This document shows, in pieces, positions 28,095 to 38,197 of a stretch of DNA of 64,000 bases (positions are counted from its first letter, which is position 1; each line of letters begins with the position of its first letter). The translations under genes and the position numbers were made by a program. This DNA is from Candidatus Latescibacterota bacterium (GTDB lineage: Bacteria; Latescibacterota; UBA2968; UBA8231). Below the pieces are notes generated by a model. That model was not told the DNA's origin. It saw only the letters and a program-made list of their open reading frames with translations, and did not search any database. The stretch covers positions 1,920,001 through 1,984,000 of the forward strand of contig OZ241889.1 in NCBI GenBank assembly GCA_965203355.1, written 5' to 3'.

Positions 28095-28940
28095 TTAAGG
28101 ATGATTGGCTTGGCGGGCCAGTAGGTCGGCGAGTGCCGCGCCGACTTGGTCGGGGTCGCTGGCGGGCGCTGCGGCTAGCGCGCGTCGGTAGAAGTGCTCG
28201 GCCTGCCGATAGCGATCCTGCGCGTCGTACAGACGGCCTAGGTAATAACAGGTGCGAGCCAGGTCGGGATGGTCGCCCGTTTGCCGGGCTAATGCGCTGT
28301 GGTACAGGGGGGCGGCCCGTTGGTAGTGGCCTTGGAGGAACAGGGCATGGGCGCGGGCGCGGAGGTTGAGGGCATGGGCGCGCTGGGCGAGAGAATCGCT
28401 CGCGGCGCGGTCGCCCTCGGCGCGGTAGAGGTCGGCTAACTTCTGCATAGTCGCGGCCACTTCTTCGTCGCCTTGGTGCGTCTGTTGGAAGGCGAGGACG
28501 CGGTCGTAGAGTGGGGTGGCCTCGGCTAGCCGCCGCTGTAGCCGATAGGTGTCGCCCAACTTGTCGAGCGTCAGCATCTTGTCGGGATGGTCGTCTGGGA
28601 GCGGGGTTTGCCGCGCGCGCAAGTGCTGGTAGAGGCTTTCGGCTCGGGCGAGTTCGCCGCGCACCACGTGGAGTTGAGCCAGTTGGTGGGCGGTGCGGCC
28701 GTAGCGGGGGTCGTCGGGAGCGAAGGTCTCGGCTAGGACCAGGGCGTGGGCTAGGGATTGTTCGGCCTCGTCAAAGCGGCTCTGGCCGAGTGCTGAGCGT
28801 CCGGCTTGATAGTGTTGGGACCAATCCTCGGCGTTGGGGTCTGGCTGGCTACAGGCAAGGGCGAGGGAGGAAAAGAAGATACGCAGCGTGGTCTGCGGTC
28901 TGTGGGCAGTGGGCCGTCGTTTAAGCAAATAGCTTTTCAT
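28095..28940 (-). CDS. TPR lipoprotein (kinesin-light-chain-like repeats)
   Basis: LALAC; repeats DHPD...L..LG..Y..Q.R..EA..LY.RAL. Confidence 0.8.
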   Translation of the reverse strand: MKSYLLKRRPTAHRPQTTLRIFFSSLALACSQPDPNAEDWSQHYQAGRSALGQSRFDEAEQSLAHALVLAETFAPDDPRYGRTAHQLAQLHVVRGELARAESLYQHLRARQTPLPDDHPDKMLTLDKLGDTYRLQRRLAEATPLYDRVLAFQQTHQGDEEVAATMQKLADLYRAEGDRAASDSLAQRAHALNLRARAHALFLQGHYQRAAPLYHSALARQTGDHPDLARTCYYLGRLYDAQDRYRQAEHFYRRALAAAPASDPDQVGAALADLLARQANHP

Positions 28941-30148
28941 GGTATTTCCGCGGGTGGCTGTTGCAGGGCGTCGAGCAGTTGCTGGGTCTTAGTGTGCAGC
29001 CTCGCATCGTCCGCACTCAGCGCTAGACTGCGTCGCAACGCCTGTTCGGCCGCCGTGCGTTCTCCCTTGCTGAACAAGCCCAAGCCGAGGAGGTGCCAGC
29101 CTTCGGCGTCGTCTGGGTGTGCTGCAACGGCTCGGCGGCCGTAGGCAACGGCCTCGCGGTAGCGTCCGAGTTGGCCGGCCATGTGGCCGGCGTTGAGCAA
29201 GGCGGGGAAATACGCTGGGTCTTGGTCGAGGGCGACCTGTACGTAGCGCAACGCGGCTTCGGGTTGTTGCAGCTTTAGGAGGTCGCCGGCGAGGCGGTTG
29301 AGCAGATCGAGATCGCCCGGGCGCAGGGCGATGGCCCGGTCAAATTTGTTCTCGGCTTGGGCAAAGTACCCGTGCCGGACAAAGAACAGGCCGAGGTTGT
29401 AGTGATGGGCGGCTTCTTCGGGCGCGTTGAGGATGGCCGCGCGCAGTCGCTTGACCTCTTGGCCGCTGAGGGCTTGTAAGTGGGTAAAACTCGCTAGGGC
29501 CTGCTGCGCCAAGGTGTCGCGGCCGGCCTGGCGGGCGAGGGTCGCGAGGCGATAGAAGGCGTCAGCAAAGCCGATGTCGAGCAAGGTGGCGCGCTGAAAG
29601 GCCGCCAAGGCATCGTCCTGCTGGCTCTCGGCTGCGAGGCTTTGGCCGAGGTAGTAGTAGAGCGTGGCGTCGTTGGGAAAAAGGCGCAGGGCTTCGCGCA
29701 GTTCGCGGGTGGCTTCGGCGTAGCGGCCCGTGGCCAAGTACAACTCGCCCAAGCGTCGGCGCACCGGCGAGTTGTCGGGATTGAGCAAAACGGCGCGCTG
29801 GAGATAGGTGTCGGCGCGGTCGTACTGGCCCAGCTTGGTGTAGATTCCGCCGAGATTGACAAAACCCTTGGCGAAGTCGGGTTGGAGGCGGAGGGTTGTT
29901 TCGAGGGATTCGATGGCCAGTGCGTAGCGGCCCTGCGCTGCATGGGACGAAGCCAGCACATTGTGGAGATCGGCGTTGGTCGAGTCGAGGGCTAGCCCCG
30001 CGCGGGCGGTGGCCGCTGCTTCGGCAAAACGGGTCGCCGCAAAGTGAGCGCGGGCGCGGGCGAGGTGGTCGCTTGGGTCCGGTGCTGGCACTGGCTCAGA
30101 AGCGCAAGAGGCGAGCGCGAAGGCCGCGCCGAGCAGTCGCCACGGCAT
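28937..30148 (-). CDS. TPR lipoprotein
   Basis: MPWRLLGAAFALASC; multiple TPRs (NLGGIY, RLGELY, YNLGLFF). Confidence 0.85.
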   Translation of the reverse strand: MPWRLLGAAFALASCASEPVPAPDPSDHLARARAHFAATRFAEAAATARAGLALDSTNADLHNVLASSHAAQGRYALAIESLETTLRLQPDFAKGFVNLGGIYTKLGQYDRADTYLQRAVLLNPDNSPVRRRLGELYLATGRYAEATRELREALRLFPNDATLYYYLGQSLAAESQQDDALAAFQRATLLDIGFADAFYRLATLARQAGRDTLAQQALASFTHLQALSGQEVKRLRAAILNAPEEAAHHYNLGLFFVRHGYFAQAENKFDRAIALRPGDLDLLNRLAGDLLKLQQPEAALRYVQVALDQDPAYFPALLNAGHMAGQLGRYREAVAYGRRAVAAHPDDAEGWHLLGLGLFSKGERTAAEQALRRSLALSADDARLHTKTQQLLDALQQPPAEIP

Positions 30149-30149
30149 C

Positions 30150-32393
30150 TCAGGGCTGCTCATCAAAGCGGTGGAAGCGGTCGATTTCCAGCTCGGCGTA
30201 CCCTTGCCGTGCGCCGCTGGGCCAGCGGATTTCGAGGGTATCGACGCGGGTGCGCGCCCCCAAGCCGAGGGCCGGGGACAAGCTGTTGGACGACCCAAAG
30301 CCCGGACCGCTGCTGATTTCCACGACCCCGAGCAGGTCTTGGGCGCGCCAACGCACTTGAGCGCCGATGGCGCCAGGCCCTAAGTCCACGCCGAGAAAGT
30401 GATTGGGGTGGCCTTCGTTGCGGTACAGGCTGTTGGCCCACAGGTCGCCTGGGTAGTGGCCGCCGACCGCGGTATAGAGGTCGAGATCGCCGTCGAGGTC
30501 GTAGTCGGCAAAACCCACGCCGTGCCCCTTGCCCGGGTTGCCGACGCCGGCCGCGGCCGTGATGTCGGCGAAGCGGTCGCCGCGATTGTGAAACAGGGTG
30601 TTGGGTTCAAAGCGCGCCATTATCGGTCCGCCGTTGGCCAGATAGAGGTCGATTAGGCCGTCGTAGTCAATGTCGCCATAGCCCGCGCCCATCGAGCCAA
30701 AGGAGCGGGCCAATCCCTGCTGAGGGGCGATGTCGCGGAAGGTCGTTCCGTCGTTGCGATACAGGTAAGCACGGGTCGGGCGCAAGGCCAACCCGGTGAC
30801 TTGCGACTGCACGATGTCTTCGTAGAAGTTCATGGCTGATACGAAGAGGTCGAGATCGCCGTCGCCGTCGCCATCAATGAAAAACCCCACATAGCTGCCC
30901 TCGCCCGGTTTGGCCACGCCCGCCTCGGCGGTGACGTCGCTGAAGTGCGGCCCGTCGTTGCGGTAGAGGTGGTTGGCGGCGGCTACGTCCATGGCGTAGA
31001 GGTCGCTGTCGCCGTCGCCATCGTAATCGCCGCAGGCCACGCCGAGGGTTTTGCCGCCATAGGCCACGCCGGCTGGTGCGCCGCGGTCGGCAAAAGTGCC
31101 GTCCCCTTGGTTGTGGTACAGGCGGTTGGGTCGCCCGCTGCCGGTGATGCCCGAGGCCACGTACAGATCGGGTAGGCCGTCGTTGTCGTAGTCGGTCCAG
31201 ACGGCCACGAAGCTGTCGTCGGCACCGGCGACTCCAGCTTGAGGCGCGACATCGCGAAAGGTTCCATCGCCTTGATTGCGGTAGAGCGAGTTGGGCGCGC
31301 GCCCTTCCCAAGCGTCGCGGGTGGCAAAGAGGTCTGGGTGGCCGTCGCCATCGTAGTCCGCGGCAATGGCTGCCCAGCCGCCGCGCGGGTCGGCGAGGTC
31401 GGCGGCGGTAGATACGTCGGCAAAACGGCCGTCGCCGTCGTTGCGGTAGAGCGCGTGTGGGGCTTGGATACCGGCGGCGAAGAGATCCGGGTCGCCGTCG
31501 GTGTCGTAGTCGAGCCACGCCACGCCACGTCCCCGATCGAGCTTGCCGACGCCGGCGGCTGCGGCCACATCGGCGAAGCGCACGGGCGACGCCTCGGCCA
31601 GCGGTGCTAGGCCGATCTGATGGGCCGGTTCGAGGTCGCCCGGGTACGTGCCGTATGCTTCGATATAGGCCAGCCGCAGGTTCCACTGGCGCACAGTGCG
31701 CTGAGGCGATGCTGGAGGCAGCGCGTCAATGGCGCGCTTGTACGCGGCGACGGCCTCGGGATATTGGCGCAAGTGATGGTAGGCCGCGCCCAACAGGAAG
31801 GATAGGTACACGTCGTCCGGCCGCTCGGCCAGCAAGCTAGCGAAGCGGGCGGCCGCCTCGGCAAAATCGCCCAAGCGCAAAAGCGAGGCGGCTTGGCCCG
31901 AACGCGCTCGGTAGTGCTTGGGATCGACCGCGAGGATGGCTTCGTACTGGGCCAGGGCCCCAGCGGCGTCGGGTTGGTCTTGCGTCATTAGGAGATCGGC
32001 GTATGCCATGCAGGCGACCGCGTTGCCGGGAAAGGCCGTCACTATGGAGTCAAAAAGGGCGCGGGCCTCGGCTTGGCGTCCGAGTTTGCTCAGCGTTTGG
32101 GCCAACTGCAATCGGGGTTCGATGCGGTCGGGCGCGCGCCGCTGCGCGAGGCCGAGCGGCGATAAGGCTTGTTGGTAGCGCTTTTGCCGCAAGTAGATTT
32201 GCCCGAGCGCGAGCGCGGCCTCGGGGTGCAGGGTGTCGCGCCGGACGAGTGCTTCGAGCACGTGGGCGGCCGAGTCCAAACGGCCGGCCGCTAGGTGTTG
32301 GCGGGCCTGTTCGTAGCGCTGGGCGCTCTGTGCGGGTAGGGGCGGCTCGGAGGCGCAGCCCAACAAGGCGGCAAACGCGATCCCTAGGCGCAT
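30150..32393 (-). CDS. TPR + FG-GAP/CRTAC1 (ASPIC/UnbV) lipoprotein
   Basis: LLGC lipobox; N-terminal TPRs; repeated DYD.DGD.DL...LYRN.GDG.F.DV; C-terminal GLG...VDTLEIRWPSG; start at 32393 or 32417. Confidence 0.88.
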   Translation of the reverse strand: MRLGIAFAALLGCASEPPLPAQSAQRYEQARQHLAAGRLDSAAHVLEALVRRDTLHPEAALALGQIYLRQKRYQQALSPLGLAQRRAPDRIEPRLQLAQTLSKLGRQAEARALFDSIVTAFPGNAVACMAYADLLMTQDQPDAAGALAQYEAILAVDPKHYRARSGQAASLLRLGDFAEAAARFASLLAERPDDVYLSFLLGAAYHHLRQYPEAVAAYKRAIDALPPASPQRTVRQWNLRLAYIEAYGTYPGDLEPAHQIGLAPLAEASPVRFADVAAAAGVGKLDRGRGVAWLDYDTDGDPDLFAAGIQAPHALYRNDGDGRFADVSTAADLADPRGGWAAIAADYDGDGHPDLFATRDAWEGRAPNSLYRNQGDGTFRDVAPQAGVAGADDSFVAVWTDYDNDGLPDLYVASGITGSGRPNRLYHNQGDGTFADRGAPAGVAYGGKTLGVACGDYDGDGDSDLYAMDVAAANHLYRNDGPHFSDVTAEAGVAKPGEGSYVGFFIDGDGDGDLDLFVSAMNFYEDIVQSQVTGLALRPTRAYLYRNDGTTFRDIAPQQGLARSFGSMGAGYGDIDYDGLIDLYLANGGPIMARFEPNTLFHNRGDRFADITAAAGVGNPGKGHGVGFADYDLDGDLDLYTAVGGHYPGDLWANSLYRNEGHPNHFLGVDLGPGAIGAQVRWRAQDLLGVVEISSGPGFGSSNSLSPALGLGARTRVDTLEIRWPSGARQGYAELEIDRFHRFDEQP

Positions 32394-32541
32394 TGGCGTC
32401 TTTGGCAGTTCGTACATTTTGCGCTGCATAGTGTACGAACTGAGGGGCAAATTGGCGAATGGCATCGGCGCAAAGCGGTTGATTCGCGGTGCGTTGTGCC
32501 CTATACTTTTGCCGAATGAAAACTCTGTGGAGGTAGTCGCA

Positions 32542-32994
32542 ATGAAACAATGGACATGGTTGGCCCTCGCGGGTCTGTTGACCACCCTGAGTTGCGGTTC
32601 TGAAGAAGCCGTTCAACCGACGCCCGATTACGCCGATGATTGGGTCGGCGAATACGAGGGCAGCGGGAATTTTGCTCTATCCAATGGCGTCAGCGGAGAA
32701 GACCGCCCCGTTACCATGAGTATTGTGCGGGTTTCTCCTAAGCAAGTTACCGTGTCTGCCACGTTGGTTTATGGCGAGGGCCGCAACGATTTCATTCAGG
32801 CGATCGACATCCTGCAACCCGACGATCCCGAGCGGCTCACCTTGGAAGTGCGCTACCTCAGTGCTAGGACGGTTTATGCCTTTGCACAAAAAGAAGGCAC
32901 GATCACCGGATCCATCGCGACGAGTTCGCTGCGGCTTGGAGGAACTTGGGGCCAGGATCAGATTATGACCGAGATAGAGGTCGTCCGGCAGTAG
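32542..32994 (+). CDS. Hypothetical lipoprotein
   Basis: GGAGG RBS; MKQWTWLALAGLLTTLSC; beta-rich mature part. Confidence 0.7.
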   Translation: MKQWTWLALAGLLTTLSCGSEEAVQPTPDYADDWVGEYEGSGNFALSNGVSGEDRPVTMSIVRVSPKQVTVSATLVYGEGRNDFIQAIDILQPDDPERLTLEVRYLSARTVYAFAQKEGTITGSIATSSLRLGGTWGQDQIMTEIEVVRQ

Positions 32995-33010
32995 GATTTT
33001 GCTGTATGAA

Positions 33011-34270
33011 ATGGCCCGTACTAAAAGGAACCGCGAGCGAGTGCCGCGCCGTCGCTTCTTTTATCTAGGAGCCGCCGCGCTGACGATTGCCCTCGGCGTG
33101 GTCGGCTCGTATTGGTATTTGCAGGACCGCGCAATCACCGCGCAAAAAGCCGTCGAGCGCGGCGACCGCTTGCTCGGCAAGGGCCAAATGGACGAAGCGA
33201 TCCGCTATTACCAGCAGGCCATTGAACTGGATCCAGACCTCGCCCAAGCCCATAGCAACTTAGGCGCGACGCACGCGGCACTGGAGCACTTTGCCGAGGC
33301 GATCCCCCACTTCAAACAGGCACTAACGCTAGCCCCCGATCACTTTGAGGCGCGGATTGGCCTCGCTGTTTCGCTCGATGGATTGGGCCGTTTTTTAGCC
33401 GCCGAGGATAGCTATAAGAAGGCGCTGGCCCTCCGGCCCGACTTTGGGGCGGTGTACTACAATCTCGGCTATCTCTACCAGCAACAGGGCCTGTACGCCG
33501 AGGCCGCCACCCAGTACGAGGAAGCCGTGCGCTTGCTGCCGGGCTTTCTACAAGCTCGGGCCAACTTGGGGAGGGTCTATCACTTGCAGCACCGCTTGGG
33601 CGAAGCTATTGCCGAATACCAGCGCACCCTCGCAGACCACCCGGAGGAAGGGCGGGTACACGCCCTTCTAGGCGAGAGTTACATGGCCTTGAGCCAATAT
33701 GAAGAAGCTAGGGGGGCCTATCGGCGGGCTATGGAACTCGGCGTCGAGACCGCGAGTGCGTTTTACGACCTCGGCGTTATCAGTGAGCAGGAAGGCAAGC
33801 TCGAAGCGGCGCGGAGTTACTTTCACCAGGCCCTGCTCAACAATGCGGCCCACGCCGCCGCCTATCACCGCTTGGGCGCGGTGACGGCTAAGTTGGGGCA
33901 CGAGGAACAGGCGGCTACATACTATTTGGAAGCCATTAAGCGCGACCCCGGCCACGCGGGTGCTCACTACAGCTTGGCCCAGCTTTACCTCAAGCAGGGG
34001 CGCGGCGACGAGGGGCGCGAGCTAATGCAGGTCTTTGCCAAGCTCAAGGAATACGAGGGCCGGCTGGCCAGCCTCAAGCGGGCTGCGAGCCGGTCGCCAC
34101 GCTCACCGGAGGCCAGCTACAACGTGGGGCTGCTCCACCTAGAGTTCGGGTATGTCAGCAAGGCCGCCGCGGCCTTTGAGCAACTCCTCAAACTCCATCC
34201 CGAATTTTCCGCCGCGCAGGATCGGCTCGCCGAAATTGAGCGAGTGCGGGCCGCGCACAGCGCGGGTTGA
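33011..34270 (+). CDS. Membrane-anchored TPR protein
   Basis: Basic N-terminus, one TM helix, about 10 TPRs (AHSNLG, YYNLG, YNVG). Confidence 0.88.
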   Translation: MARTKRNRERVPRRRFFYLGAAALTIALGVVGSYWYLQDRAITAQKAVERGDRLLGKGQMDEAIRYYQQAIELDPDLAQAHSNLGATHAALEHFAEAIPHFKQALTLAPDHFEARIGLAVSLDGLGRFLAAEDSYKKALALRPDFGAVYYNLGYLYQQQGLYAEAATQYEEAVRLLPGFLQARANLGRVYHLQHRLGEAIAEYQRTLADHPEEGRVHALLGESYMALSQYEEARGAYRRAMELGVETASAFYDLGVISEQEGKLEAARSYFHQALLNNAAHAAAYHRLGAVTAKLGHEEQAATYYLEAIKRDPGHAGAHYSLAQLYLKQGRGDEGRELMQVFAKLKEYEGRLASLKRAASRSPRSPEASYNVGLLHLEFGYVSKAAAAFEQLLKLHPEFSAAQDRLAEIERVRAAHSAG

Positions 34271-34279
34271 GCTCCATAA

Positions 34280-35959
34280 CTAAAAAGGATTCGCGCCGAG
34301 TTCGAGCAGGGTGTGTCCCTGCCCTTGGCGGACGACTAAGAGCTTGTTGGCGGGCACGTTGTCGACCGCGTAGGTGCTGCTGTTGGGATAGGTGATTTCG
34401 ACGCGGGCGACCGTTTGCGCCGCGCCCAAGCCGAAGTAGGAGCGCAAGTCGCTGTGCGAAAGATAGCTGGCCGCGCCATGGACCGTGCGCCACTGGTGCT
34501 GGCCGGCTGCTCGTAGGCTGATGCGCGTACCGACCCCATCGCGATTGTCCTCGCGGCCAAAGACCTGTACCACGAGATAGTTCCCGGCGTTTCCGCCTTC
34601 GTTGCGCAGTAAAGTTGGCGCGTCGTTGAGCTCAACGACGAAGAGGTCGATATCGCCGTCGTCGTCGTAGTCGCCAAAGCTGGTGCCGCGGCTGACTTTG
34701 GCCGGTGCCAGCCCAAGGCCGGCTGACACCGGGGCGAAGCGGCCACCGCCCTCGTTGCGGAAGAGTTGGTTGGGCTGGCGGTACGTGGTGCCGGTGGCGG
34801 CTTGGTCGACTTGCGGATATACGTGGCCGTTGGCGACGAAAAGGTCGAGACGCCCATCGTTGTCGTAGTCGAAAAAGCGCGTTCCCCAACCGAGCAACTC
34901 TACCGTGGCCGCCGCGAGACCCGCGGTGGTCGTGACGTCGGTGAAGCGGCCGCCGCCCTCGTTGCGGTAGAGCGTATTGGTCTCGGTAAAAAAGTGCGTC
35001 ACGTACAGGTCTGGGTCGCCGTCTTGATCGTAGTCGCCAAAGTCCGCGCCCATACCGGCTTCGACGTCGCCGTCGCCGTTGTACGCCACCCCGGCGATGA
35101 GAGCGATGTCTTGAAAGGTGCCGTCGCCTTGGTTTTGGAAGAGCACGTTGGGGGTTTCGTCGTTGGCGACAAAGAGGTCGCTATCGCCATCGGAATCGAA
35201 ATCGGTCGGTACCACGCCCAAGCCGTAGTAGCGGTTGGCGGTGGCCACGCCGGACGCTTGGGTGACGTCGGTAAACGCGCCGTCGCCGTCGTTGCGATAG
35301 AGCACATCCGGTGCGCCGACTAGGCCCTTGGGACCGCAATAGACGCGGAGGCCGCTAAAAAAGGTGCAGAGCGGCGGCTCAGCCGGCCGGTGCTCGGCAT
35401 CAAAGACGACGTAGTTGACCACGTACAAGTCGAGGTCGCCGTCGTGGTCGTAGTCGAAGAAGGCGGCGCTAGCACTGTATTGATCGCCGCCAATGCCTGC
35501 TTCTTGAGTCGCATCGACAAAGCGGTCGCTGCCGCGATTGCGGTAGAGCACGTTGGCCCCGTAGTTGGTCGCGTAGAGGTCGGGGCGGCCATCGTTGTCC
35601 ATGTCGCCCACGGCCACGCCACCGCCCCAACCGGCGTCGCCGACCCCGGCTTTTCGCGTGATTTCCACAAAAGTGCCGTCGCCGCGATTGCGGTAGAGCG
35701 CGTTGCCCGGCCCCGAGCGGTCGCGGTAGGTGGCAAAGGTAGCCCCGTTGACTATGTAGAGGTCGAGGTCGCCATCGGAGTCGTGGTCGAAGAAGGCCGC
35801 GCCGCTGCCGTGGGACTCTAGAATGTAGTGCTTTTCTGGGCCGCCAAATACATTGCGGTACGCGATGCCAGCCGCCGCGGTTTGGTCGCTAAATTGGGGC
35901 TGGGCGTGCAGGGGGAGGGCGCCCAGCAGTGCCGCGCAAAACAGCGGAAAGACGCGCAA
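34280..35959 (-). CDS. CRTAC1 family protein (FG-GAP repeats + ASPIC/UnbV)
   Basis: GSGAAFFDHDSDGDLDLY, YCGP, DVEAGMGADFGDYD, SRGTSFGDYDDDGDIDL, SYLSHSD...FGLG. Confidence 0.92.
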   Translation of the reverse strand: MRVFPLFCAALLGALPLHAQPQFSDQTAAAGIAYRNVFGGPEKHYILESHGSGAAFFDHDSDGDLDLYIVNGATFATYRDRSGPGNALYRNRGDGTFVEITRKAGVGDAGWGGGVAVGDMDNDGRPDLYATNYGANVLYRNRGSDRFVDATQEAGIGGDQYSASAAFFDYDHDGDLDLYVVNYVVFDAEHRPAEPPLCTFFSGLRVYCGPKGLVGAPDVLYRNDGDGAFTDVTQASGVATANRYYGLGVVPTDFDSDGDSDLFVANDETPNVLFQNQGDGTFQDIALIAGVAYNGDGDVEAGMGADFGDYDQDGDPDLYVTHFFTETNTLYRNEGGGRFTDVTTTAGLAAATVELLGWGTRFFDYDNDGRLDLFVANGHVYPQVDQAATGTTYRQPNQLFRNEGGGRFAPVSAGLGLAPAKVSRGTSFGDYDDDGDIDLFVVELNDAPTLLRNEGGNAGNYLVVQVFGREDNRDGVGTRISLRAAGQHQWRTVHGAASYLSHSDLRSYFGLGAAQTVARVEITYPNSSTYAVDNVPANKLLVVRQGQGHTLLELGANPF

Positions 35960-35960
35960 G

Positions 35961-36779
35961 TTAAGGGGCGACCGCGTAGTTTAGGCCCGTGAGCAGGTGC
36001 AATGCTTCTTTTGCGGCCTCGTGGTCGGGACCGGTGCGCTCGGCGAACATGCGCTCTAACGGCCCCACAGCCGTGGTGTCGCCGATGCGGCCGAGGGTGC
36101 GGGCACTCTCCACGCGGACCCAGAGGTTGTCGTCGGTCAAGGCGAGGCACAGCGCGTCGAGGGCGCGGTGCGTCCGGTGGTGTCCCAATAGCTGCGCGGC
36201 GACATAGCGCACGTTGGCGTCGCGGTCGCGCAGCGCGGCGAGGGCGGCGGCGGCGGCGTCTGAAGTCCACAGAAACTGAAGCGCGGCCAGGGCCTGCCGA
36301 CGCACCGCCGGGATGGTATCGGCCAAGGCGCGCACCAGTGCGGGCACGGCGGTGGTGTCGCGGAGATTGCCCAAGCTCCAAGCGGCCGCGCCGCGCACCT
36401 CGGGGGCCGAGTCGCGGGAGAGGACGCTGGCCAAGGTGGCGTGGAGGCGGGAATCGTCGAGCTGGCCGAGGGCGCGGACGGCCTGTTCGCGGACATGGCG
36501 ATTGTCGTTGCCGAGGAGCGATTTGAGGAAGGGGATGGCGCGTCGGTCGCCGATTTGGCCGAGGATTTGCGCGGCAATGTAGCGCAAGCTATCGCTGCCA
36601 GCGGCCGCGCGGTTCAGCAAAGGATCGACCGCCGCGCCGCCTATCTGCACCAAAGCGTGGCTGGCGTCGAGGCGAACTTGACGCCGGGCATCGGCGAGTT
36701 GGTCAATGTGGTATTCGGCTCGTTGGGCGGCGCAACTCAAAAGGCTGGCACAGAGGGTTGCTAGGGCGAGCTTGGGCAT
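35961..36779 (-). CDS. HEAT-repeat lipoprotein
   Basis: LLSC; repeats VR..AA..LG.IGD..A...L. Confidence 0.88.
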   Translation of the reverse strand: MPKLALATLCASLLSCAAQRAEYHIDQLADARRQVRLDASHALVQIGGAAVDPLLNRAAAGSDSLRYIAAQILGQIGDRRAIPFLKSLLGNDNRHVREQAVRALGQLDDSRLHATLASVLSRDSAPEVRGAAAWSLGNLRDTTAVPALVRALADTIPAVRRQALAALQFLWTSDAAAAALAALRDRDANVRYVAAQLLGHHRTHRALDALCLALTDDNLWVRVESARTLGRIGDTTAVGPLERMFAERTGPDHEAAKEALHLLTGLNYAVAP

Positions 36780-36798
36780 GGCGGCGGTTTAAGTGAAA

Positions 36799-36829
36799 GC
36801 AGGGGTCAAGCGTTAGACCGGACCCCTGC
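36799..36829 (-). terminator. Hairpin after the DUF4159 gene
   Basis: gcaggggtc-N13-gacccctgc with a short T tract on the minus strand. Confidence 0.5.
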
Positions 36830-36856
36830 CTTGGCGTTGGCTGTGCAACAAAAAGC

Positions 36857-38074
36857 CTAGTTGACCATCTGCATGAGGCGTTGGGTAATCGACCCTTCTT
36901 GGGTCAGGGCGTAGATGATGATGTTGACCGCTAGTTGGAGCTGACGGGTCGAGTCGCCGCCGCGTTGGTCGTTTTCCCAGCCCCAGCCCCCGGTGTCGCC
37001 GGGCGTGACGCTCGCCAGCCTACCTTTGATGTAATGGCCGCGCAGATAGTTCCAGGTCCTAACGCCTGATTTGCCCTGCCCTAGCGAGGGAGGATAGCCA
37101 AAAGGTACGCCGCCACTTAGATCGAAGAAGGAGGTGTAAACGGGGTGATTTTCCGGCAGGCGCTCGGACCAGAAGTCCTTGCCGCGGACTAGGCCACCGT
37201 ATTTTTCGAGGGCTTCCTCGTAGATCCCGTTGAACGTAAAACCGCCCGCCATTAAGTACTCGGCCAAGTTGGCCATTTCGGTGTCGTTGGGGGTGCCTTG
37301 GGGCTCGACGAGGACGGGTACTTCGAGCAGGCGCGGATCGTCAAACGTGATAAAGCCGAGGAATTCGGCCTTGAGGCCGGTGTACTCGTTGAGTACGTCG
37401 CGTAGCCGGTCGATGGTTTTGACGCGGAGCGTGACCGTGCCGTAGCCAGAGGTACCACCGGCCAGCGCGCGCGAGGACATGACTTGGGCCAGTTTGACAA
37501 ACCCCTTGATGGCCTGCTTGTCGGTGGCGTCTTGGACGATAATGGCGCGGTAGCGACCGGTGTCCATGTTGTCGACGTCGAGCATCTCCAAGCCCATGTC
37601 GATCTTGTGCTCGGAGGTGCGGGTGCTGGTCACGGCCGCGGCTGTCAACTTCGGCTCGATCGTCATACCGCTCGTCGCGCTGAAGGCGGATTGCCCGGAC
37701 AGGCGGATCCCGGATCCGCTGACGCCGGCGATTAGGCTGCGGGTGTTGAACGAGGCGGTGGCCTGCACTTGGTCCATGCGTGCTTGCGCTAGCTGGACTT
37801 CGCGGCGTGCGAGCTGGCGTTTGGGCTGGGGGATTTTGCGCAGCTCCAGTGGCTTGGTCAGCCGCGGCTCGCGCTTGATGAACTTGGTCGTCAGCGGTCG
37901 CGGCGTCTTTTTCTCGCCCTCTTGAAAGGGGTTGATCGCCACGACGATGAGCAGGAGGGCTGCCGCCGAGGCTAGGGCGATAACAAAGCCTCGGCGCAGG
38001 CGGCGAACTAGACTGTCGAGCTCAAAATCTTGCGTGGGCGAAGCAAAGCGCGTGGAGCCCCATTTCTCATTCAT
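36857..38074 (-). CDS. Single-TM protein with extended linker and C-terminal DUF4159-like domain
   Basis: TM FVIALASAAALLLIVVAI; Lys/Pro/Arg-rich linker; NLAEYLMAGGF, LPENHPVYTSFFDL, AVNIIIYALTQ. Confidence 0.7.
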   Translation of the reverse strand: MNEKWGSTRFASPTQDFELDSLVRRLRRGFVIALASAAALLLIVVAINPFQEGEKKTPRPLTTKFIKREPRLTKPLELRKIPQPKRQLARREVQLAQARMDQVQATASFNTRSLIAGVSGSGIRLSGQSAFSATSGMTIEPKLTAAAVTSTRTSEHKIDMGLEMLDVDNMDTGRYRAIIVQDATDKQAIKGFVKLAQVMSSRALAGGTSGYGTVTLRVKTIDRLRDVLNEYTGLKAEFLGFITFDDPRLLEVPVLVEPQGTPNDTEMANLAEYLMAGGFTFNGIYEEALEKYGGLVRGKDFWSERLPENHPVYTSFFDLSGGVPFGYPPSLGQGKSGVRTWNYLRGHYIKGRLASVTPGDTGGWGWENDQRGGDSTRQLQLAVNIIIYALTQEGSITQRLMQMVN

Positions 38075-38197
38075 CGCGGATTTCTCCTCGGTGGTAATGC
38101 CCTACTCGTGCGACGAGCGACTGGTAGGGCGCGGGGATTCGAGGCGGCGGAGCAAGGGCGACCATTTTCTGCCGAATAGCCGCTCGTGGAAACTCGG

